Assembly (NCBI RefSeq): GCF_000025685.1 | Contig: NC_013964.1 | Location: 240,001 to 272,000, forward strand | Source of the DNA: Haloferax volcanii DS2 | Lineage (GTDB): Archaea; Halobacteriota; Halobacteria; Halobacteriales; Haloferacaceae | Reading direction: 5' to 3' | Length of the DNA: 32,000 nt | Shown: positions 24,788 through 32,000 of the stretch, piece by piece | Layout: each line of letters begins with the position of its first letter | Numbering within the stretch: position 1 is the first letter of the stretch | Program-made: the position numbers and the translations under genes | Notes under the pieces: generated by a model | Databases searched by the model: none | What the model saw: only the letters and a program-made list of their open reading frames with translations | Told to the model about the DNA's origin: nothing

Positions 24788-25676
24788 GGTGGGCCGAACG
24801 CGCTTGCCGGACCCGCAGAGCGGCCGTGGCCGAGCCGCGGTTTTCGAGAGGGAAACAGTGGCTCGGAGCAGCAGGTCGTGGATTTTTGCCACTGAACCGA
24901 TGGAAGAGCGGTTCAAACCCCGGTTCGTCCCCAGTCGACCAGTCGGCACTCGCGTCGGCGGCTGCTCCGTTCTCGTGTTGTAAATTATTAATACAGAGGT
25001 ACATTCGAGGGCGACGCGAGCGCGAATCAGTCGGTGACTGACCGAGAAACGCCGCCGAAGCGAGGGTACCGTGCCGACATCGGCGGACTGTCCCGCCTCG
25101 TCGACCCGAACGATTTTCGCCTCGCGCGGCAGATGCGGATTCCGACCGCCACGAACGGCGTCGCTCGCGTGTCGAACGCGAGTCGCGTGAGGGGTCGAGG
25201 GCGACTCCTCGAACACGGATTTTCATATCGAAAATGAGGTGAGCAGGCGCGCGGGTGGCTCGGCGTCGTGTCGGTACTCGCCCGCACCTTCGGTCGGCAT
25301 TACTGACGTACGTTCGTCACACAACCATTACAAGAATATGTCTGTAATTACTACACCGTTACCAAGCGTTTACGAGACGAGGAGGGGTCAGTCGTGGTCG
25401 CCAGTCGAGTTCCGTTCTGTGCGTCCGCCCCGCGTGAGCGCTGAGCGATGTCGTGACGGTGGTACGCCGGCAGTACTCTGAATACCCGCGAGACGTGGCG
25501 ACCGCTTGGGCCCACCCCGTTTACGAGAACACAACCAGCACCGACTCCGCGTCGGGTGACGAGACGCGTATCCGAGAGTGCACGAGATGCAAGCAGCGCA
25601 CCACAGAGGACGTTTTCGAGACGTGAATCGGCGCGGTCCGACGGCGACGGCCCGAATACGGCCGTCGCGAGTCGGT

Positions 25677-26630
25677 TCAGAACAGCGCACCGGCTTGGAG
25701 GACCGCCACGAGGACGGTCAGGACGCCGACGCTGGCGACGGTGGTGGTGAAGATGGTCGTACTGAGGTACTCGGGTGCAGTGATGCCGTCGACTGTCGTC
25801 TCGTCGGCGTACTCGATGGTGAGCGCCAGCGGGATGACCGCGGCGGGCGTGGCGCATTCGAGGACGAACACCTTTGCGACTGTCGGGTCACCGAAGCCCA
25901 ACGCGAGCGCGAGGCCGAACCCGACGAGCGGCGCGACGACGAGCTTCAGCGCCGACGGGGCGACTGACCGCGATATCGCGGACACGTCGGTCTCGGCCAG
26001 TTGGATGCCGAGGATGAGCAACATCACCGGAATCGACGCGTCGCCGACGAGGCCGACGGTCTCCATGAGCGCCGCGTCGGCCGGCGGGACGACCCCGAGC
26101 GCGCGGGCGACGACGCCGGCGACGATGGCGTACAGCAGCGGGAGACGGAATATCTCGGTGACGGCGTCGAGTGCGCCCGCGTCGGAGCCGTTGGACGCGA
26201 TGTAGACGCCGAGCGTGTAGACCACGACGTTCTGGATGGTGAGGTAGATAACGGCGGTCGTCCGTCCGACCTCGCCGAAGGCGAATCCGGAAAGCGGGAT
26301 GCCGACGAAGCCCGAGTTCGGGAACGCCGCCGCCAGCATGAGCGCGCCGAGGAGCGGGCCCGATTCGCCCGCGAGTCGGCCGACGCCCCACGCGATGACG
26401 ATCATGAGAAGGGAGTATCCGACGACGCCGAGGCCGAGTTTGAGGACCTCCCCGCCGCCGAGGGTCGTCGTGGCGATGCTGTGGAACGCCAACGCCGGGA
26501 TGAGCACGTACAGCCCGAGCGTGTTTATCGGTTCGACATCGATGTCCGTCGTTCGCGCCAGGAGATAGCCGACGACGGCGACGCCGAGTATCGGGAGAAT
26601 CGCGTTCGTGAACGCCCCCATTAACGACAT
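25677..26630 (-). CDS. AEC-family (auxin efflux carrier-type) membrane transporter
   Basis: 317 aa, about 10 hydrophobic helices. The N-terminus FTNAILPILGVAVVGYLLAR and overall pattern are typical of the AEC / membrane transport protein family. ATG checked. Confidence 0.8.
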   Translation of the reverse strand: MSLMGAFTNAILPILGVAVVGYLLARTTDIDVEPINTLGLYVLIPALAFHSIATTTLGGGEVLKLGLGVVGYSLLMIVIAWGVGRLAGESGPLLGALMLAAAFPNSGFVGIPLSGFAFGEVGRTTAVIYLTIQNVVVYTLGVYIASNGSDAGALDAVTEIFRLPLLYAIVAGVVARALGVVPPADAALMETVGLVGDASIPVMLLILGIQLAETDVSAISRSVAPSALKLVVAPLVGFGLALALGFGDPTVAKVFVLECATPAAVIPLALTIEYADETTVDGITAPEYLSTTIFTTTVASVGVLTVLVAVLQAGALF

Positions 26631-28116
26631 GGTCGGTCTCCCCGGGAAAGTCGCTTCGGCGGTCGAACGGGTTCAACTGAGACTCTACGCTGTCGCTGTG
26701 GGCCCATGTCAGTCCAATATCGCTTCTGATATAAATAGTATCGGAGACGGTTACGTGCGGGTCAAAACCCGTTGCCGACGAGAGTGACCGCCATAGCGAT
26801 GTGACCCGGTCTTTCCCCTTCGAAAACCTCGTGGCCATGCATGTGTTATGCAACGATACTATCGGAAAATCAAAGGACAGAGAGAAACGACAGCCCACAA
26901 TCCAGATTTTCTCAAAGATTATCCATGAGTGCGTACTGAAAGGAGTATCGCAGGTCCATAGCCACCACAGAACAACCAGTATTTTAAATTATTCAAATAA
27001 TCCACATTATTCACAATATTTGGATTTCTTCACAGACCAGTGCTATTTCAGTAGAGTCGCAATATAAAGTACCGAAACCCGTTCGGGAACGACACCGCGA
27101 TTCGCTGAGCGGGGGATGCGACCATGACCATGACAGGACGACTATCGGCTTCACCTCCGGTCGAGTGGAAGCGTACGCGGCAAACGTCGTCGAGAGCGGA
27201 GTTGTGAGTCGTGAGGCCATTACGGGAACTACGACAGTTCGACGACACGCTCTCCCGGTTCGTATCCGAAGTTTGACCGACGTCGACCCCGCGGCCTGCG
27301 TAGCCACCTCTCACTCCACGTCGGCTCGCAACCGGGCCACTCCTTCGGGGGGTACGTCCGGTGGGACGCTCGTCGGACGGTGGCGGACCGGTATGGATAC
27401 CGGAGTATATTCCGAATTAGAGAACAGCTTCGAGAGATAGGACTTTCAGCCTTCTATGGCCTCTTCAGTACCAACCGAGAGGGCAAAGATGAATTCAATT
27501 ACAACGTTATGGGTGTAATGGAATTGCGCTGAACGGACTTACTGATGGCCGAGAGGAGAAACACAGCGTGAGTATGGAAACTACTTTCTGAGATTAAGAA
27601 CACTGTGGAGACTGTGCTCATCGGCGTACCGCTCGATGGTCAGGAGTCGAACCGACGGAGACAGTCGGCCGTAATACGACCACCGGTCTCGTGCCACCCA
27701 CCGGAGAAAGGGAGTGTGTATAGTCGTTCTTACACTATCTTCGGTTTCGTGTCTATGCACGTACAGTGTAGCCATCGTTCACCGGAGTAGCCGACGGCTT
27801 CTACTAGTTCGTTGCAGGCGGTCCCGCCGGGTCACCCCGGGCGGAGTCTATTCTGTATTTCAGAATGCAGTTGTTCGTCCCAAGACTACGGGGCGGGCAT
27901 GAGCGGTTCAGTCATCCACGGGTTGTATCGGCGGCGATCCGGGAGGCGTCGATAGCGTCGCCGCACCTCGCCGGAGACGAACCGCAGTGCCGACTACGGC
28001 CTTCACCGACGAATCGAACCACGCGTCGCTCGCGTCTCCCCTCCGATAAAACTAGCTCCAAGTATCAGCCGTGGCTCTCCGGAAAACCGGGTTCGTTGCG
28101 TTTCACAGGGCCGCTA

Positions 28117-29256
28117 TCAGGTGTTCTGCCCAGCCGTCACCTCTAACGGTGGTTCTTCTTGTGCGAGAATGTTGATGCCGTCAGACTGCCGAAAGAGATG
28201 CAACCGCTCCTCGTCGAAGGCGAGCGACAGCTCTTGGTTCGTGTCGGGTTTGACATCGCCAGGCACGCGGACCCAGCACTCCTCGCCCTCGATGTCGAAG
28301 TGGAGGTAGTTGTCCGACCCCACCGGCTCGCGGACGTCGAGGAACGCTCGAACCGCGTTGGGCTCGTCGCTGTCTGTGAGGGAGATGTTCTCGGGCCGAA
28401 TGCCGAGCACGAACTCGTCTACGCCATCGGCGTACTGCTTGATATGTTCGAGAACTCGCTCGGAGAGGTCGTAACTGAAGCCGTCGGCGACCAGCGACGT
28501 GCCCGACAGTCGTACCTCGAACTGGTTCATCGGCGGGTTCCCGACGAAGTCGCCCACGAACAGGTTCCGAGGTTCGTTGTATATCTCCTCCGGCGTCCCT
28601 ATCTGCTGGAGTTCGCCGCCGTCGACAACAGCGATGCGGTCGGACATCGTCATCGCCTCCTCTTGGTCGTGAGTGACGTACACCGTCGTCGTCCCGAGCG
28701 TGTCTTGGAGCTGCTGGAGTTCCGTCCGCATGTGCAGCCTGAGCTTGGCGTCGAGGTTCGACAGCGGCTCGTCGAACAGGAAGACGGACGGCTCGCGCAC
28801 GATGGCGCGGCCCGTGGCGATACGCTGTTGCTGTCCTCCAGAGAGGTTTCCAGGATGCTTGTCGAGCTGGTCCGTAACACCCATCATCTCCGCCGCGTCC
28901 ATCACCCGCTGGTTTATCTCGTCTTCGGGGAGGTCGGTCGTCAACTGCAACCCGTAACTCATGTTCTTGCGCGCGGTCATGTGCGGGTACAACGCGTAGT
29001 TCTGAAACACCATCGCGACGTCCCGGTCCTGCGGCTGGACGCCGTTGACGACCCGGTCCCCGATACGTATCGTCCCTTCTGTGATATCTTCCAGACCCGC
29101 AATCATACGGAGCAACGTCGACTTGCCCGACCCCGAGGGACCGACGATAGTCAGGAACTCAGCGTCCGCTATCTCGAAGCTGATGTCGTCGACGGCGACA
29201 ATATCCGAGTCGCCACCGTAGACTTTTCGCACGTTTTCGATGCTAACAGTACTCAT
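28117..29256 (-). CDS. Carbohydrate-type ABC transporter ATP-binding protein (MalK/UgpC-like, with C-terminal regulatory/TOBE-like domain)
   Basis: Walker A GPSGSGKST, Q-loop, signature LSGGQQQRIA, Walker B FLFDEPLSNLD, H-loop YVTHDQ. I prefer the ATG at 29256 (MSTVSIENVRKVYG) over 29319. An AT-rich box (about 29278-29290) is centred about 28 nt upstream of 29256. Confidence 0.9.
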   Translation of the reverse strand: MSTVSIENVRKVYGGDSDIVAVDDISFEIADAEFLTIVGPSGSGKSTLLRMIAGLEDITEGTIRIGDRVVNGVQPQDRDVAMVFQNYALYPHMTARKNMSYGLQLTTDLPEDEINQRVMDAAEMMGVTDQLDKHPGNLSGGQQQRIATGRAIVREPSVFLFDEPLSNLDAKLRLHMRTELQQLQDTLGTTTVYVTHDQEEAMTMSDRIAVVDGGELQQIGTPEEIYNEPRNLFVGDFVGNPPMNQFEVRLSGTSLVADGFSYDLSERVLEHIKQYADGVDEFVLGIRPENISLTDSDEPNAVRAFLDVREPVGSDNYLHFDIEGEECWVRVPGDVKPDTNQELSLAFDEERLHLFRQSDGINILAQEEPPLEVTAGQNT

Positions 29257-29466
29257 TGTTCGTGGGTTGCCAAGAGAACTAATAATAGTTGTGGTTACCT
29301 CCGCTCGAAGTCGCGTCATTCGGGGACGCGAGCGCAGTCTGGACGGCGCTCGCTCTCCGCGCCGCCACGACAGACAGGCGAGCGAGTAGTGCGTCGGATT
29401 TCATCTACCGGCAGAATTAGTCACGGAAAATAGTTTAATCCATACCCCTACATATACACATGACAC
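29257..29466. promoter_or_regulatory. Divergent promoter region of the sugar ABC locus
   Basis: The AT-rich box actaataatag (about 29278-29290) serves the minus-strand ATPase gene. aaaatagtttaat (29427-29439) lies about 30 nt upstream of the plus-strand ATG at 29467. Confidence 0.4.
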
Positions 29467-30846
29467 ATGGTTCGAGAAGCTATCACTAGCAGGACCCGTC
29501 GGAAGTTTATCAAATCTGCCGGAGTCGCGGGAACCGTCGCACTCGCGGGCTGCGCCGGTAACAGCGACAACAGCGGAGATAGCGGAAGTGGCGGCGGTGA
29601 CGGCGACAGCAGTGACGGCGGCAGTTCCGGCAACACGCGGAGCGAGTCCTACGAGCTCACGTTCTGGGAGCTGTTCAGCGGCGGCGAAGGGCCGATTATG
29701 GAGAGCATCGTCAACAAGTTCAACGAGGAACAGCCGCTCGACACGGACGCGGAGGTGACCATCAACCGCCAACGCACCCCGTGGAACGAGTACTACAACA
29801 AGCTGTTCACCGCCCTCTCCGGCGGCGAAGCGCCAGACATGGCGGTCATGCACGCCGCGTACCTGCGAGCGTGGGACGGCGGTATCGACGCAATCGGGTC
29901 CTACGCCGACACGGCGTCGATGGAGAGCGACTACACCGAAAGCCACTGGGACCTCGTCACCGTCAACGACAACGTGAACGCGCTACCGATGGACATGCAT
30001 CCCATCGGCGTGTACTACAACAAGGACCTGTTCGAGCAGGCCGGCTTGGACCCCGAGAGCCCGCCGACGAACTGGGAGGAGTTCCGGCAGGCGGGTGACG
30101 CGGTCGTCGAGAACACCGACGCTCACGCGTTTACGCAGTCGCCGTACAACGACGGATTCGGGTCGTTCCGGACGTGGAGTACCTGGGTCAAACAGCAGGG
30201 CGGGAGTCTCTACGACGACGAGTGGAACCCGACGTTCGACAGCGAGGCCGGGATGAACATCGCCCAACTCTTCTCCGACATGACCGGCGACATGGGATGG
30301 GCCCCCGCCACGAGCGAGGACACGTGGGGGAACAACGCCTTCCAGAACGGAACGTGCGCGATGGCGATGAACGGGACGTGGTACGTCGCCGCCCTGTCCG
30401 GCGTCGACGACCTCAACTGGGGCTTCTTCGAACCGACCGTCGGCCCGAACAAACAGCAGGATAAGGTCTGGGCTGACGGCCACTCCATCGTCCTCCCGAA
30501 GAAGGAGGGCCGGAGCGACGCCAAGTCGGAGATTGCCGCCGAAGTCGCCCACTGGATGACCACGCAGAACCCCTCGTGGGGTGCCGAAGCCGGTCACCTG
30601 CCCGCCGCGAACAGCATCTACGAGTCCGACACCTTCCAGAACAGCCCGTACTACGATAAGACGCTCAACAAGTACGTCGAGATGGCCGAAGACGGCGACT
30701 ACTTCTACCACCCGAAGGTCCCGAACGGCGACCCGAACGCGCAGAACTGGTACACGTGGCTCGTCGACATCTGGGCGCAGAACTCCGAGCCACAGGCTGC
30801 TATCGATTCCGGAATCCAGACGGTCTCGAACGGCATCTCGGAGTAA
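29467..30846 (+). CDS. Carbohydrate-type ABC transporter substrate-binding lipoprotein (solute-binding family 1), Tat signal plus lipobox
   Basis: TRRKFIKSAGVAGTVALAGC followed by a Ser/Gly/Asp linker. The body is typical of sugar SBPs (YYNKDLFEQAGLDPE, NGTWY). Confidence 0.85.
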   Translation: MVREAITSRTRRKFIKSAGVAGTVALAGCAGNSDNSGDSGSGGGDGDSSDGGSSGNTRSESYELTFWELFSGGEGPIMESIVNKFNEEQPLDTDAEVTINRQRTPWNEYYNKLFTALSGGEAPDMAVMHAAYLRAWDGGIDAIGSYADTASMESDYTESHWDLVTVNDNVNALPMDMHPIGVYYNKDLFEQAGLDPESPPTNWEEFRQAGDAVVENTDAHAFTQSPYNDGFGSFRTWSTWVKQQGGSLYDDEWNPTFDSEAGMNIAQLFSDMTGDMGWAPATSEDTWGNNAFQNGTCAMAMNGTWYVAALSGVDDLNWGFFEPTVGPNKQQDKVWADGHSIVLPKKEGRSDAKSEIAAEVAHWMTTQNPSWGAEAGHLPAANSIYESDTFQNSPYYDKTLNKYVEMAEDGDYFYHPKVPNGDPNAQNWYTWLVDIWAQNSEPQAAIDSGIQTVSNGISE

Positions 30847-30852
30847 TCGAAG

Positions 30853-31785
30853 ATGGGGATAACAGAACGCATCATGGGAGGTGAGACCGCGGCGAACAGC
30901 AAGACCGTTATGGGTCTGCGGAAGGAGACCATCGAGGGCATCGTCTGGTCGCTTCCGTACCTCGCCGTGTTCACGGTGTTCCTCATCTGGCCGGCCCTGA
31001 AGGGGCTCTACATGAGCCTCCACACGTACCCGAACAAGTTCGACCTCACCGAGACGGAGTGGGTCGGCCTCCAGAACTACGTGGAACTGTTTCAGGACCC
31101 CGTGTTTTACAACGCGATGGAGGGAACGCTCCTCTTCGTCGCTATCTCGGTTCCGGCGCTGGTCATCCTCGGCTTGGTAATGGCACTCGGCGTAAACCGG
31201 GACGTGGCCGGGAAACGAACCCTTCGGGCCATCTACTTCAGTCCGTACGTCCTCACCGTCGCGGTCGTGACGCTGGTGTGGGGACAGGTGTACTCCCAGA
31301 GCTACGGCCTGATAAACTACTACCTCGGGTTCTTCATCGACAACCCGCCGGGGTGGCTCACGTCGCCGGACCTCGTCATGGCGGCGCTCGCGTTCATGAC
31401 CGTCTGGTGGCTGGTCGGGTTCAACTTCGTCATTTTCCTGGCGGCCCGACAGAGCATCCCCGAACGGCTGTACGAGGCCGCTCGGCTCGACGGCGCGACC
31501 GGCTGGCGAGCCTTCAAGGATATCACGCTGCCCCAGATGCGAAACTCGGTCGTGTTCGTGGTGATGGTGCAGTTCATCCTCCAGTTCCAGGTGTTCGCAC
31601 AACCGTACGTGATGACGCAGGGCGGCCCGAAGGACACCTCCGACACGCTCGTCTACTATCTCTACCGGAGCGCCTTCTCCCAACAGCAGTTCGGCTACGG
31701 CGCGGCGATGGGGTACGTGCTGGTCGCCATCCTCATCGTCATCGCAATCGTGAACTTCAAAGTAATCGGTGATTCAAATGACTGA
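30853..31785 (+). CDS. Carbohydrate ABC transporter permease (MalF/UgpA-like)
   Basis: Six hydrophobic segments and an EAA-loop-like motif (YEAARLDGATGWRAFKDITLP). Confidence 0.88.
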   Translation: MGITERIMGGETAANSKTVMGLRKETIEGIVWSLPYLAVFTVFLIWPALKGLYMSLHTYPNKFDLTETEWVGLQNYVELFQDPVFYNAMEGTLLFVAISVPALVILGLVMALGVNRDVAGKRTLRAIYFSPYVLTVAVVTLVWGQVYSQSYGLINYYLGFFIDNPPGWLTSPDLVMAALAFMTVWWLVGFNFVIFLAARQSIPERLYEAARLDGATGWRAFKDITLPQMRNSVVFVVMVQFILQFQVFAQPYVMTQGGPKDTSDTLVYYLYRSAFSQQQFGYGAAMGYVLVAILIVIAIVNFKVIGDSND

Positions 31786-32000
31786 AACGACATCGCAGGA
31801 CTCGATACGAGCACGGCTCGACGGCGACACGGTTCGGAACGTGTTGCTCCACGCGTTCCTCTACGGCCTCGCCGTTCTCATGGCGGTCCCGTACCTGTAC
31901 ACGCTCTCTCGGTCCTTCCAGCCGACCGAGCTGTTGCGCGACCCGCGACCGTACTGGATACCGCCGCTCGCGGGCGAGCCGATAACGCTCGAACACTACC
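31778..32000 (+). CDS. Carbohydrate ABC transporter permease (MalG/UgpE-like), N-terminal fragment; continues past window end
   Basis: My own translation from the ATG at 31778 (8-nt overlap with the upstream stop) gives MTETTSQDSIRARLDGDTVRNVLLHAFLYGLAVLMAVPYLYTLSRSF... This is a typical second-permease N-terminus and operon position. Confidence 0.7.
   Translation, partial: MTETTSQDSIRARLDGDTVRNVLLHAFLYGLAVLMAVPYLYTLSRSFQPTELLRDPRPYWIPPLAGEPITLEHY

Noticed and set aside
24789-24945. tRNA-like ends (gggccga ... tcgtcccca, 6 of 7 acceptor pairs) with a ggttcaaac element, suggesting an intron-containing tRNA
   Set aside because: I could not fold a valid T-arm (the stem flanking ttcaaac does not pair), D-arm or anticodon arm. 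The spacing is wrong even allowing an intron.
25453-25626. Possible 57-codon GTG-initiated ORF ending ...ECTRCKQRTTEDVFET
   Set aside because: It was not called as a feature. It has a single CxxC only, no ATG, no convincing promoter spacing and no recognisable family. It is mentioned under the intergenic-gap finding as something to test.
27631-27675. ggagtcgaacc, resembling a reverse-complement tRNA T-loop, and a 5-bp/7-nt-loop hairpin (ccgac-ggagaca-gtcgg)
   Set aside because: The flanking bases do not form a T-stem or acceptor stem. The hairpin loop lacks U33 on either strand. This is not a tRNA.
26631-28116. Replication origin (AT-rich DUE plus ORB-like element ccactccttcgggggg near 27335-27350)
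   Set aside because: Only one weak ORB-like string was found, with no inverted ORB pair flanking the AT-rich stretch. No orc/cdc6 gene lies nearby.
28159-31683. 424-aa plus-strand and 566-aa minus-strand ORFs across the sugar ABC genes
   Set aside because: They are antisense to genes with unambiguous Walker, signature, solute-binding and permease features, and their composition is Arg/Val/Asp-rich nonsense.
1-32000. CRISPR arrays, rRNA genes, transposases/integrases, toxin-antitoxin or known defence-system genes
   Set aside because: None seen. The only regular repeats are intragenic coding repeats (683-2161 and 9947-11446), and no ORF shows transposase, integrase or nuclease hallmarks.

Overview
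High-GC (about two thirds G+C by eye), strongly acidic proteome, PGF-CTERM anchor, many twin-arginine (Tat) signals and lipoboxes, and TATA-like boxes about 28 nt upstream of start codons. Together these indicate a haloarchaeal (Halobacteria) replicon. The truncated first gene matches my recollection of Haloferax volcanii laccase LccA (megaplasmid pHV3), which I cannot verify here. I support 24 protein-coding genes and no rRNA, tRNA, CRISPR or recognisable mobile element. Left to right: (1) a Tat-secreted multicopper oxidase (partial). (2) A PGF-CTERM surface glycoprotein with three internal repeats and a long poly-acidic spacer. (3) A six-enzyme cluster in two divergent units (TatD hydrolase, two xylose-isomerase-like TIM barrels, UbiA prenyltransferase, myo-inositol-1-phosphate-synthase family enzyme, AP-superfamily pyrophosphatase/phosphodiesterase). 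It resembles the chemically unsolved bacterial ebo operon, but a different cyclitol-forming enzyme replaces EboD. A small zinc-ribbon ORF sits between the two units. (4) A 1736-aa Tat-exported fusion protein: degenerate cupredoxin, ThuA, dehydrogenase-like propeller, HEAT, three CBM-like modules, and an intact type-1 copper cupredoxin. (5) The two halves of a Tm-1-type protein (UPF0261 and PEP-hydrolase-like TIM barrel), encoded separately and bracketing a LIV-type ABC transporter and a PQQ-like beta-propeller lipoprotein, followed by a cupin. (6) About 0.9 kb with no credible CDS. (7) An AEC-family transporter. (8) An AT-rich island of about 1.5 kb with no credible CDS. (9) A sugar-type ABC transporter locus. 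Many long ORFs in the supplied track are antisense or alternate-frame artefacts of high GC (Arg/Pro/Gly-rich translations) and are rejected. The best candidates for an undescribed system are the ebo-like prenyl-cyclitol cluster and the giant copper-linked exported oxidoreductase next to it. All family assignments come from motif and sequence recognition by eye. No database search was run.
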